Program-made: the position numbers and the translations under genes
The notes under the pieces: generated by a model
Told to the model about the DNA's origin: nothing
Seen by the model: only the letters and a program-made list of their open reading frames with translations
The model's database searches: none
Shown: piece by piece, positions 1 to 11,185 of the stretch
How the letters are laid out: each line of letters begins with the position of its first letter
Numbering within the stretch: position 1 is the first letter of the stretch
Source of the DNA: Mobula hypostoma
Taxonomy: Eukaryota
NCBI RefSeq assembly: GCF_963921235.1
Contig: NC_086098.1
Location: 1,798,001 to 1,862,000, forward strand
DNA length: 64,000 nt
Direction: 5' to 3'

Positions 1-390
1 GTCATTGGGTGTACTTAAGGTGGAGATTGATAGGTTGTTTATTGGCCACAGCATCAAAGATTACGGGGAGAGCTGCGGAGTGGTGCTGAGGAGGGGTAAA
101 AACAATCAGCCATGATTGGTGAAGCATACACAATGGGCCAAATAACCCAACTCTGCTGGTATGTCTTATGATCTTAACACGAGGGGAAATTTCTGCACTC
201 AGCGGGTTGTGAACATGTGGAACATGCAAGCTCAATTTCAACTTTTAAGGGAAGTTTGGATCAGTACATAGATGGTAGGGATATTAAAGGCTATTGTCCC
301 AGTGCAGGTGGATGGGAATAGGCAGTCTAAATTGTTCAACTCAAACAGGTGAGCCTGTTTCTGTGCTGCAATTTTCGATGACTCTATGAA
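1..390 (+). mobile_element. Two degenerate CR1 LINE 3' ends in tandem
   Basis: Similar to the ORF2 C-terminus and 3'UTR of CR1 copies elsewhere in the window (tcagccatgat...gggccaaat...cttatgatctt; gggaaattt...actcagcgggttgtgaac). Confidence 0.65.
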
Positions 391-625
391 AAAGTCCAAA
401 CATATTCAACCTTTCCCTCTAACTCAGATCCTCAAGTCCTGGCAACATCCTGCTAATTTTTTTCTGTCCGCTTTCAAATTTGCAGGGTATTAGCAGTCCT
501 TGATCCTGCTGGTACATGCTTTTTGGTTTTTATTTCTTCTGCCCGAAGGTAGAGCGGGGGAAGTGATGTAATACTGAGACTTTAAAAAGCGCTGGTGTAG
601 CCTCACTTGAAATATTGTGCCATGA

Positions 626-745
626 CAAACAAGAGAAAATCTGCAGGTGCAGCAAATCCAAGCCCCACACACAAATGCTGCAGGCCAGGCAACATCTAAA
701 GAAAAGAACGCAGTTGATGTTTCAAGCTGAGATGCTTCAGCAGGA
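626..745 (-). mobile_element. Degenerate Penelope-like element terminus
   Basis: Reverse-strand similarity to the termini at 19873-20023 and 28716-28845 (acacacaaatgctg...gcaggccaggcaacatct); hammerhead core decayed. Confidence 0.6.
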
Positions 746-1300
746 TATATTGTGAGCAGTTTTGGGCCTCTTATCTTCGAAAGGATGTGCTGATATTGGA
801 GAGGGCTCGAAAGAGGTTCTTGAAAATGATTTCGGGATTGAAAAGCTTATTCATATGAGAAATGTTTGAAGGCCCTAGGTCTCTACTCTTGGGAATTCAG
901 AAGAATGAGGAGAGACCTAATTGAAAACTATTGAATGCTGAAAGGCCTGAATAGAATGGATGTGGAGATAGTTTCCTATGGTAGGTGAGTCTAAGACCAG
1001 TGGACACAGCCTCATAATAGAGGAACATCCAATTAAGATGGAGATGAGGAGCAATTTCTTTAGCCAGAGAGTGGTGAATCTGTGGAATTCTTTGCCACAG
1101 GCCTCTGTGGAGGCTAAGTCTTTATGTATATTTAAGGCAGAAGTTGATAGATTCTTGATCGATTAGGGCATAAAAGGTACAGGGGAGGGGGGAAGCAGGA
1201 GATTTGGGCCAAGAATGAAATAGATCAGCCATGATGAAATGGCGGAGCAGACCTGAGGTGCCAAATGGTCTAATTCTGCTCCTGTATCTTGTGGTGTTCT
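746..1300 (+). mobile_element. CR1 LINE 3' fragment
   Basis: ORF 978-1166 reads NFFSQRVVNLWNSLP...FKAEVDRFL, the CR1 ORF2 C-terminal motif, followed by a CR1 3'UTR. Confidence 0.85.
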
Positions 1301-1545
1301 GGTATTTTAGATGAGCTGCTGGGATGGAGTATGTTAGGAGTGGATAGTGTAGGGTAAAAGAAGAATCAGTTCCAGTACAGGCATCCAGATACTGAGCAAT
1401 TTACATTCAGTTAATGAAGTGTGTCTGGAATGAAAACTGGCATCATGTATGCATGTTTTCCATAAACCTATAGATTGTTGTGAAAATCCATCAAGTTTGC
1501 TGGTGTCATTTAGATTTCAACTTTGTCATCCTTCCCCTCTCATAC

Positions 1546-1689
1546 CTAAATGTGATATTGCATCTACTGCAAGATGGTTCATTTCTACCTGCTCTCTGAA
1601 ATGGCTGAGGAAAGCGTTCACTTGAAAGAGCAATAGAGTATGAGTAACCATTGCCATCCTGGCTGGCAATGTCCACACCCTGTTTACAC
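1546..1689 (-). other. Candidate 144-nt host exon (unidentified gene or lncRNA)
   Basis: Minus-strand acceptor ttatttcttgtttag|G and donor TTAG|gtatga in non-repetitive DNA; length divisible by 3; two frames open; product not recognised. Confidence 0.3.
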
Positions 1690-1869
1690 CTAAACAAGAA
1701 ATAACAGGGTCAGCTTGCTGAGCAGTACATCCTGCCGCACGCTTGTCACACACTTCTGCCGTACACACCTGTCACAAACTTCTGTCTTCCCCCCCTGCTG
1801 CACACTTCTCATACATTCCTGATGCATGCTTCTACCATACAGCTTAGTTGCACACTGTGCTGCAAAATT

Positions 1870-2195
1870 CCATAAGACATAGGAACAGAATTAGGCAATT
1901 TGGCCCATTGAGTTGAACTCTGTTCCATCCCAGCTGATTTATTATCCCTCTCAACCCCATTCTCCTGCCTTCTCCCTGTAACTTTTGACCCCCTGAGTAA
2001 TCAAGAACCTGTCAACCTCCACTTCAAATATATCCACTGACTTGACCTCTAGTCATCTGTAGCAATGAATTCCACAGATTGCTCTGGATGAAGAAATTCC
2101 TCCTCATCTCCGTTGAGGATGTCTCTCTATTCTGAGGCTGTGCCATCTAGTCCTAAACTCCCCCACTATAGGAAACATCCTCTCCACATCCACTC
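1870..2195 (-). mobile_element. CR1 LINE 3' end
   Basis: Reverse complement of CR1 3'UTR and ORF2 end (cataagacatagga...aatgaattccacagatt...ggaaacatcctctccacatcc). Confidence 0.8.
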
Positions 2196-2612
2196 CTAAA
2201 ACTATTTTATAATAAAGCTACATTGAAGAACTAAAAATATACTTTGAAATCTTTGCCAACTTCCCATACCAATAACTTAAAAATAAACAGTGAATTTCCG
2301 GAAGGCATGCTGTGCAGAAGAGATATTTAATAAGGGTATGGTGTATGATTGAGTACAGTTCAATACTCAGAAAGGGGACAGAGAACTGATTAAAACACAC
2401 GACTACTGAATGTTTTAATCAACTCGAAGACCTCCATTCTCGAGTGGAATCTCCTCAATTATACACAAAGTTCATTAGCAGATGGGTCAGAATAAACCAG
2501 TTTTTAATTTGTTAAGTAAATAAATTTGTTCTACTTTCTTCAGTCACTAATTGCTTACCTGAATCAGTCGGAAGCACTGTCACTCCGAAATTAAAGACTG
2601 CTTTGTTCAAAA

Positions 2613-2755
2613 TATTACAGGACCTTAATGTATGTTCTAAGCTGGAGGTTGAGAGTATTACAGGATATTAATGTATGTGCTAAGCTGGAGGTTGAGAGTA
2701 TTACAGGATATTAATGTATGTTCTAAGCTGGAGGTTGAGAGTATTACAGGATATT
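2613..2755. repeat. 43-bp tandem repeat, about 3.3 copies
   Basis: Unit tattacaggatattaatgtatgttctaagctggaggttgagag starts at 2613, 2656, 2699 and 2742. Confidence 0.95.
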
Positions 2756-3587
2756 GGCCTGTATGCAGAGCCAAGGTTTTTCAAACCTTCTTATGCTGAG
2801 TTCAGTTCAGAGATTTATTTCTTTTTGTCCCTCCCACAACGTCTTTTTGACTCTCATTTAAACATAGATGAATAATAATTACTGTGTCCCCTTCCTTTTC
2901 TTCATACTGACAAGGCCATTCCTAATCAGAAAACCTGAACCCTTCAACGCAGCGATTCCCGAAAAGTGCATTGATTAGGAAAAGAATATGGGCCAAGGAA
3001 GTATGTGTGGTTGTTTGGAATTCCTGAGGATGGCTTTGCACAGAATTTCTCAACTGAGCTTCCATGAGAGGTCGCGATTAAGAAAACATCATTTTTTGAA
3101 CTTTGCGCGATGCATGATGCTAACACTTGCAATGCTGGGCAGTGACCGAGCAGCCCCATTAGCAATCTCGTGAGAGGTCTCTCTGCCCAGTGTGGCAGTG
3201 CGCAGTAAGACTGTGTTTATTTGCTTGAGTCCATTCTCAGTTCTTGATGCGAGATGGGGAGACTGTTGATAGGTGGGCGCTGCGTTACATGAAGGGGAAG
3301 AAGGCGAGCTGATGAGGGGCATGAAGTGCATCTTCCAGGCATTGAAAGGACTCGGCCAACTTGGGTTGTGATGTCAGTCTCTCCCTCCTGAATTACTTCC
3401 CCCAACTTCCCTTACATGCCACTGGCTGATTTATGGTAAAGAACAAACTAGCAGTGTCATAGAAAATTGGAGGGAGGGAAATTTTCATTCTAAAGATGGT
3501 CGAGTGTGGTGATTTTTGAAGAGGAAGTGTGAGATGGAAGAGGAGCATTCTAGGCCTAGGCCTAAAGACAATTCTGATAAGGTTAAT

Positions 3588-5997
3588 TCTTCTTCTTACA
3601 GAAACATCTGCATGATGGTCAGCTAGGGCACATCACCAGTGATGTTACCTGGGGTCGTCAGGTGTTTTGGGTCTTTCAACATCATACACCCTTGCCCAGG
3701 CGACCCGACTGGGGTTGATCAGACCCCGGCCTGTGCCCTAGTAGCAACCCATGGATCTGCCCTCTTTATCCAGAGCCATCTTGACGCTTTCTCGGCTGCA
3801 TCTGTGGTGGTAGAAATGGCTCTCCTTCTTCCCTCTCCCGTGATTCCAAGTGCAGTGTATACTTTGCAGAGCGACTGGCCGGCAAAGCCACAACACCCGA
3901 CCTCCACGGGACAACACTTTGCTCTCCAGCCTCTTTGGCAGTTGTTCTTCAGGTCCTCATACTTGGCTCTTTTCCGTTCGTAGGCCTCCTCCATGCGTTC
4001 TCCCCACGGCACGGTAAGCTCAAACATAAGAATGTGCTTCGATGATTCGGACCACAACACAATGTCGGGCTGCAATGTAGTCTCTGTGATGTGGGGAGGA
4101 AACTGCAGCCATTTTCCCAGGTCTGCTTTTAGCTTCCAGTCCTGCGCAGTGAAGAGCAACACGGTTGCTCTCTGGTGTTCTGTTGGTCTTTCACCCTCTT
4201 TGACAAAACAGATGGTGTTCTCGACCGGACTTGTTTTCCGGCAGATGTTAAGGGTACTGCAGATTGTCTCAGCAATTGTCCGGAAGACCTGGTCATGGTG
4301 CCACCGATAACGGCCATTGGCAAGAGCTCTGGGGCAGCAGCTCAGAATATGCTGTAGCGTATCGGTCTTCTCACAGAGGGGACAAGCTGGTCGTTCTGCA
4401 AGGCCCCAGCAGTGCAGGTTGGATGGGCTAGGAAGGACATCATAAACAGCCTGGATAAGGAACTTGATGGGGTGTGAATCCACCTTCCAGAGATTGTTCC
4501 ACGTGATCTTTCACTTGATCACCTGCTCCCATTTGGTCCAGGCTCCTTGCTGTTTCATTGCCACTGCTCTGCTGGTCCTCTCCTCCTCCACAGCTGCTAT
4601 TGCTTCATTCTGGACCAGTTCTCATCGCTCTTTCCTTGTTCTTTGTCAAAATGGGGGACTTCAAGGCTTCCGAGTCCAACTCTTCCCTTGGCGACTACCC
4701 CCACCAGCACTTTGTTGCGCAGTCGCACCTCAGCTTCTTCCACTGCAGCCTCTGCTCTCCGCTCTCCTCCAGTTCTCACCGCCACTCTTGCTCTAGCAAC
4801 CTTTGGATCTGAAGATTTCCGGAACTGCAGCACCTCCTTGCTCGCAAAACCTTGAACTCCTCGTCGATGGATTTCGGGGGAGCCTCAGTTTGCAGTTATT
4901 CCCATACAGAGCGATGCTGCTGATGTTCCTCGGTAAACCCAGCCATCTTCCCAGGAACCGGCTGACTACCCTCTCTAATTCAGCAACAGTGGAAACTGGA
5001 AACTCACAGAGAAGCAGTGGCTAGAGGATTCTTGGTAGAATACCGTGCTGGTAAATCCATGCCTTAAACTGCCCAGGAAGGCCCGTCCTGTCAACCTCCT
5101 GTAACCATCGTTCAAACTCCCCACAGGTGTTTCTTATTGCTGCCTCATCTCTGAGTGTTGCATCAAACATCCTCCCAAGACTTTGGACAGGATTCTCTGT
5201 GATGGTAGGAATTAGCATGTCCTCAATAGAGTAACAAAATTTCTCCTGTACCCTCTCCTTCTTCAGCACTACAGATCTTGATTTTGGAGGCTTAAAGGAC
5301 ATCCTTGCCCACCTCATCAACCTTTCCAGCCCCTCTAGAATCCACCTAGCACCAGGCACTGACTCCGTAGTGATAGTCAGATCATCCACGAAGGCTCGTA
5401 TTGGTGGTTGGCGGATCCCAGATCTCGACACTCCGGCTCTGCAGATTTTACCAGCGTGTTCATTGCCAGGGCGAAGAGGATGACTGAGATGATGCAGCCT
5501 GTGATGATACCAATCTCCAGCCTGCACCAGTCTGATGTCATTGGTCCTAATGAGACTCTCAGGTGGAACTCGCTGTAGTAGTCCATAAGGAGGCCTCTGA
5601 TTCCTTCAGGAACATGGTGCCTCCTCACAGCGCCTTCAACAACCTTGTGGGGGATTGACCCATAGGCATTGGCCAAATCCAACCACAAAACCACTAAGTC
5701 ATCCTTATTCTCTCTGGCCTCTCTCAGGAGCCATGTGATGACTCCAGTGCACTCCAAGCAGCCTGGTACCCTTGGAATGCCACCCTTCTGGGTGGAGGTG
5801 TCGATGTAATTGTTCCCCAGGAAGTACTCAGTTAGGCGCTTTGCCACCACGCTGAAGAAGATCTTCCCTTCAACACTCAGCAAGGATATTATCCTAAACT
5901 GGCTGATGTTCTCGGAGTTCTCTTCTTTTGGAATCCACACTCCGTTTGCATACTTCCATTGCCTGGGCACTTTGCCTCTCTTCCAGACGACCTTGAT
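3588..5997 (-). mobile_element. 5'-truncated, frameshifted RLE-type non-LTR retrotransposon (Hero clade-like)
   Basis: RT pieces 5377-5970 (WLDLANAYGSIPH) and 5021-5527 (AFVDDLTI); ORF 3719-4483 with CCHC knuckle CPLC...HILSCC, RWHHD and restriction-like endonuclease PDIVLW...ELTVPW...K; (AAG)n tail at 3588-3598. Confidence 0.85.
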
Positions 5998-6886
5998 GAA
6001 TTACGATCTGAGTCATTTCACTACACTAGTACAACAGACACAAAAATAGGTCCATCCTTACAATGAAAACTACTTATCAATGGGTTTTACTGGACTGGTG
6101 ATCCAAGTTGTCCTATTCCATTGTGCCTAGTCTGTTGTAAACAACTTACAAATGTAGCAATGGCTCCAGCAAAATTGAAAAGACACATAACTACAAATCA
6201 CAGCCATATGACACGTAAAAGTGTAGGTTATTTTAAACGACTATTGGAATCTCAAAACAGATTGGAGCTTTTGAAAATAAAGTCACAGTCAGTAAAAGGG
6301 TTCAGAAAGCAAGCTACTTAGCAACTTTAAGATCAGTTCACTGGAGAATGTTTAAAACACTGGACAAAGAGGACACCAATCTCCTACTGCATACAGAAAT
6401 CTGCTGGCTTAGTAAAGGAAGACTTCTCAAAAGGGTGTTTGAGCTGAAAGGTGAATTGTAGGAGTACTTTTGAGAAATGAGATTGAGAGTGAGAAAGGAT
6501 ATCAGAAAGTCTTGAGTCTTATTGAAAACCACCTGGAAGAACTGCAGAACAAAATTGAACAGTATTTTTCCTCCCTTTCAACACAAGTGTATGACTGGAT
6601 GAGGGACCATTTCTCTGAATTTTCTGCTGAGCCTGAGAACTTGATTTTGAGAGAAGAGGAAGAACTTTGTGAGCTGCACTCTGATCATGCACTGAAGATG
6701 AGATTTGCTGACCTGCCTCTGGACAAGTTCTGGATTTCCATGTAAGAGTATCCTGCCATTCATAGGAAAACAGTGAACATTTTGCTGCAGTTTTCAACTT
6801 CTTACATGTGTGAGCAAGCTTTTTCTTGTTTAACAAGCATTAAGAGCAAAGATAGAAATTGTCTCATTTCAGTTGAAGGTGAAATC

Positions 6887-6967
6887 CATAAACACAAAAT
6901 ACTCTGCAGATGCTGGGATCAAGGCAACATGCACAATATGCTGGAATACTCTGCAGATGCAGATGCA
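6887..6967 (-). mobile_element. Short PLE-terminus insertion with 12-bp TSD
   Basis: GAAGGTGAAATC duplicated at 6875-6886 and 6968-6979; insert resembles the PLE terminus (tctgcagatgctgg...aatatgctgg). Confidence 0.75.
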
Positions 6968-6989
6968 GAAGGTGAAATCTGTCTGTACT

Positions 6990-7443
6990 TATAGAAACAT
7001 AGAAACATAGAAAATAGGTGCAGGAGTAGGCCATTCGGCCCTTCGAGCCTGCACCGCCATTTATTATGATCATGGCTGATCATCCAACCCAGAACCCAGC
7101 CTTCCCTCCATACCCCCTGACCCCTGTAGCCACAAGGGCCATATCTAACTCCCTCTTAAACATAGCCAATGAACTGGCCTCAACAGTTTGCTGTGGCAGA
7201 GAATTCCACAGATTCACCACTCTCTGTGTGAAGAAGTTTTTCCTAATCTCGGTCCTAAAAGGCTTCCCCTCTATCCTCAAACTGTGACCCCTCGTTCTGG
7301 ACCTCCCCAACATCGGGAACAATCTTCCCGCATCTAGCCTGTTCAATCCCTTTAGGATCTTATACGTTTCAATCAGATCCCCCCTCAATCTTCTAAATTC
7401 CAACGAGTACAAGCCCAGTTCATCCAGTCTTTCTTCATATGAA
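6990..7443 (-). mobile_element. Young 5'-truncated CR1, (TTTCTATG)n-tailed family
   Basis: Near-identical to 63365-63820; ORF 7080-7412 YSLEFRRLRGDLIETYKILKG; octamer tail. Confidence 0.95.
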
Positions 7444-7759
7444 ATTATCTCAAATTTGAACCAGAATAGAGAAATTTATTATGTTTGCCTTATGAATTTT
7501 TACAATTTATGAAAGAAAAAGGAAGAGATTAGTTTCAAGAAAGGTAAGCTAACTATTTTTTCAAGAAACTTTGGCTAAAAATTTATTCTCTACTCAAAAG
7601 AGCGTTGACAATTATTTTTGGATTATTATATCTACAGCTTATTGATCACGCTAAAGTACCATGAGCTGTAGATATAATAACGTTTACGCAGGGGTTCCCT
7701 GAGAGCTGAAAATTATTTCAAGGGTTCCTCCAGGGCAAAATGGTTGAGAAAGCCTGGCT

Positions 7760-8030
7760 TGGCAGTTGGCGTAATGCTCTACAGCACCAGTGACCCAGAG
7801 TCACTTCCCACTGCTGCATGTAAGGACCAGTATCCTCTCACATTTCAAAGGCGCACTGTTTAGTAAGGGTTAATAAGTTGTGGGCACACTATGTTGATGC
7901 CAGCAGCATGGTGATACTTGCAGGCTGCCCCTACCATATCGTTGGACTGTGTTGGTCATTGGCACAAATAATGTATTTCACTGTTTTTTTTTATGTATAT
8001 GTGTCAGATCAAGCTAATCTTTAAAATCTT
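7760..8030 (+). mobile_element. Degenerate tRNA-derived SINE
   Basis: tRNA-like head remnant, ctcacatttcaaag body and aagctaatcttt tail; similar decayed copies lie at ~11380-11530 and ~13020-13110. Confidence 0.5.
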
Positions 8031-8077
8031 TAATGTATTGTTAAAAACAAGCAGTTCCATGAATTACTTAACTGGTT

Positions 8078-9410
8078 GTGGATAAGCTGAGTGACTATCT
8101 CTACAGGGCCAAGTTTGAGGTGAGGACGGACAACAACCCCCTAACTTATATCCTGACCTCGGCAAAACTGGATACCACAGGCCATCGGTGGTTGGCGGTG
8201 TTGTCTGCCAATGATTTCAGCCCAAAGTACCGGCCGGGAAGCAGGACCATTGATGCTGATGCTTTGTCCCGACGGGCACATGAGGGACCAGTCAGGGATG
8301 AGGAGTGGGAGAGCATTCCTGCCCCTGGGGTGAAGGCCCTGTGTCAGTCTGCCATCACGGTAAAGGCGGAGGGAAAGGAGAGGCAGGATCGAGCAGTGGA
8401 TCAGTTGGGGGCTTCTGATGACGCCATTCCCCAAGTTTACTGTAATCTGACAGCTCTGAAGACAAATCAGCTGCCGGAATTGAGATCTGGGGAAGTGGCA
8501 GCTACGCAGCGAGCTGATCTGGGCATTGGCACTATTTGGTCCACGGTTGAAAAGGGGGACATGGCTCAGGCGGAGAAGACGAAACACGCTTCGATGTCTC
8601 CATTACTGAAAGAATGGCCTCGGATGGAGTTGAAGAACCAGATCTTATACCGGGTCACGTCACCCCCAGACCAACCTCGGCATGGTCAGCTGATTCTGCC
8701 CGAGAAGTATCGGAGGATTGCGTTGGAAGTCACTTCATGATGATTCTGGACATTTGGGGGTGGAAAAGACCTATGGATTGCTCAGAGACCGGTTTTACTG
8801 GCCCCGAATGAAGTCGGAGGTCGAAGAATACTGCAAGTTGTACATCCAATGCATATGGCGGAAGACACTGCCTACATCGGCAGCTCCCTTGTCCCACCTG
8901 CAGAGCGCAAGGCCCCTGGACCTGGTGTGTATGGATTTCCTGTCCATAGAACCCGATGCCAGCAACACGGTGAATGTCTTAGTCATCACGGACCACTACA
9001 CCAGATATGCTCAGGCTTTTCCTACCAAGGACAAGAGGGCATCCACGGTGGTAAAAGTGTAATGGGAGAAGTATTTCATTTATTATGGCCTTCCCATAGT
9101 GACCACGGATGGGACCAAGAGCAGACTCATCCATGAGTTACTGGGTATGCTTGGAGTTGAGGACCACGCCCTATCACCCGCAGGGCGATCCCCAGCCTGA
9201 GAGGTTTAATCGGACCTTGCTAGACATGCTCGGGACCCTGGAGATCAGCAAGAAGAGCAGGTGGAGTCAACATATTGGGCAATCTCCCACAGGATCAATA
9301 ATGTATGACTATGACTATCTGGTTCACTGTTACAACTGTACACGAAATGAAACTACTGGGTACTCGCCATATTATCTGATGTTTGGGCGCGAGGAGAGGT
9401 TGCCCGTTAG
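8078..9410 (+). mobile_element. Ty3/Gypsy LTR-retrotransposon pol fragment (RNase H end plus integrase), pseudogenic
   Basis: TDNNPLTY...RWL...YRPG...ADALSR; HHCC zinc finger (LHDDSGHLG...C..C); MDF...VITDHYTRY; TTPYHPQGDPQPERFNRTL; frameshifts and stops present. Confidence 0.92.
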
Positions 9411-9509
9411 CACCATTCAGTCTCTAAATATTTCTAAAGGAAAAATTATATTCAACTATCAGTGTGTATGAGTTGGATGGAAGGGCCTCTCTCCATGCAC
9501 TATGTTACT

Positions 9510-9643
9510 AGGTCAGGGGGTATGGAGGGAAGGCTGGGGCGGGGTTCTGAGTTGGATGATCATCCATGATCATAATAAATGGCGGTGCAGGCTCGAAGGG
9601 CCGAATGGCCTACTCTTGCACCTATTTTCTATGTTTCTATGTT
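9510..9643 (+). mobile_element. Young CR1 3' end fragment
   Basis: Near-identical to the 3'UTR at 63685-63820, with tttctatg tail. Confidence 0.9.
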
Positions 9644-9804
9644 ACTACGACTCCTTTCTAATTGTATATTTCTCATTACCATAACTGAGGACACCGTTGA
9701 AAGAACTGTCAGACGAATCGCTCAAATAATGCTAATCTTCCTCATCTCTCTCACTGTACCTTAGTTTTGGGTCCTTCTGAAATTATTATTGTACAAATTG
9801 TCGC

Positions 9805-9976
9805 TGGCTGTAAGGAGCTTGTAATTTCTTCCCATGGACATGTGGGTTTCCTCAGGGTGCTCTGGTTTCCTCCCACATTCCAAAGATGTATGGGTTAATA
9901 GGTTAGTTGGTCATATGGATATAACTGAGCCACGGGCTCATTGGGCCAGAAGGGCCTGTTACTCTGTTGTATCTCT
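9805..9976 (+). mobile_element. V-SINE-like fragment with CR1-type tail
   Basis: gtgggtttcctcagggtgctctggtttcctcccacattccaaaga core followed by gggccagaagggcctgtt tail. Confidence 0.7.
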
Positions 9977-9984
9977 GAGGATCG

Positions 9985-10210
9985 TCACTTTGTCATACTG
10001 GAGAGGCTTGTGAGTTCCTGTGATGCCGAGAGTGATGCCGTTTGGAACTTAGTTCCTGAAAGGGTCATCCATGGTGGTTAGGTCAAGGGGAAGGATCCAG
10101 ACAAAGAGCGATCCAACCAAGACCTGAACAGTGGAGCTGGCCGAAGGCCATGACTCATTACAATGGCAGTGAAGGATAAGGAGGTCGGCAGCTGTGAAAG
10201 GTCCCCAGAG
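9985..10210 (+). mobile_element. RTE-type (Expander/BovB-like) 5'UTR module or RTE-derived SINE remnant
   Basis: Resembles recalled RTE 5' ends (cactttgtcat...ggagaggcttg...agggtcatccatgg...ccagacaaagagcg); no ORF. Identification from memory. Confidence 0.45.
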
Positions 10211-10722
10211 GAGGAGACAGGTGAGAAAAAAGAGGAAGTGTTTACTAACATGACACCAGGCACTCAATGGGTTTTGTATATGCTATACATAATAAATGTA
10301 CTTTGAACTTTGATCAGAGTTGGAATCAGGTGTATTCCTGTGAATTTTTGCTGAATTCCCTCGGGTTATATCTTGCTCAATGGCTCTACCTTTGCCAGGA
10401 AGCATGAAATTACAGCAACGTATCGGGGAATGCCTCAGGAAATGTGCCCTCTCTTATTAGCAGTATATAAAATATGAGCTTGGGGGAGAGATAATGCAGT
10501 AAAATCATTTATATGACTGGCACTCAGCAAAACTGCTGCTCAGATGACCATGTATTATCATAAACGTTCACTATGTACAAAGTGGAAAAGGGGAAAATAA
10601 AATGGAGTTAAAAACTAAATTGGGATGTTTGCTGGTTTCTGCATGGGATTCAACCTCAGACACTCGATTGGTCACCTGCAAGGATAAAATCAGTATTTCA
10701 TTTTTTTATAGCGATACAGCAT

Positions 10723-10897
10723 GGGGTATAGGGGGCTCTGGATAGAGGTAGTACCTTTGATGTCTGGCATGCTGCTCCCTACTAGACAGGGTGGACGGAC
10801 ATCACTGGTCCTCATCTATCTCCTAAATCTCTCACGTGTTGGCTCCAAGCGCCATACCCCGGTAAACCACGTCAGCTGGTGGGCTAAACCACGTGAG
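10723..10897 (+). ncRNA. HDV-like self-cleaving ribozyme (predicted)
   Basis: P1 GGGGTAT 10723-29 / ATACCCC 10854-60; P2 CTCACGTGTT 10831-40 / ACCACGTGAG 10888-97; P3 GGC/GCC with L3 TCCAAGC 10844-50; P1.1 GG 10861-62; P4 CCAC/GTGG; J4/2 G-C(10884)-TAA. Confidence 0.85.
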
Positions 10898-11185
10898 GGG
10901 GTGGTGATAACACGGCACCACTGGGTGAAAGACTTCCATGATGAAGTCACCGGCCAGGGCGGAAAGGTTCTCAGACGAGCTATAATGGCCACGTGTTCAT
11001 GACCAAGGCGAGCCACCTGGTTGTAGGAAATCGGCTGTGGTCAAACCTGGAGGGGGGTGGGCTCCGCCAGGTTTCAGATGCCCAAGACACGGCGCATGAT
11101 GAGCACACCAAACATGGTGCAAAGCTTGTCATGACGGCACCCCGACGACTCCACCAGGAGTTAAGGGCGCAAGAAGAAGAAGAAG
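10723..11185 (+). mobile_element. Non-autonomous ribozyme-headed retroposon (SIDE/SINE-like), about 460 bp
   Basis: 9-bp TSD ACAGCATGG (10716-10724 and 11186-11194); (AAG)n 3' tail; no tRNA A/B boxes; no credible ORF; 5' end folds as an HDV-like ribozyme. Confidence 0.85.

Larger units (their letters stand above)
3490..7756 (+). mobile_element. Decayed hAT DNA transposon (Charlie/Buster-like) interrupted by Hero, PLE and CR1 insertions
   Basis: BED-type finger CLVCCKQL...KLKRHITTNH (6121-6321); LLLHTEICWLSKG motif (~6380-6420); hATC dimerisation motif FSTSYMCEQAFSCL (6773-6890); right TIR reads CAGGCTTTCTCAACC on the minus strand, ending at 7756. Left end uncertain; a TIR-like caaggtttttcaaacc lies at 2772. 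Confidence 0.8.

Noticed and set aside
2613..2755. 43-bp repeats as a CRISPR array
   Set aside because: Contiguous tandem copies without spacers.
6121..6890. Domesticated ZBED/Buster host gene
   Set aside because: Multiple stops, deletions and nested insertions, plus a TIR, indicate a dead transposon copy.
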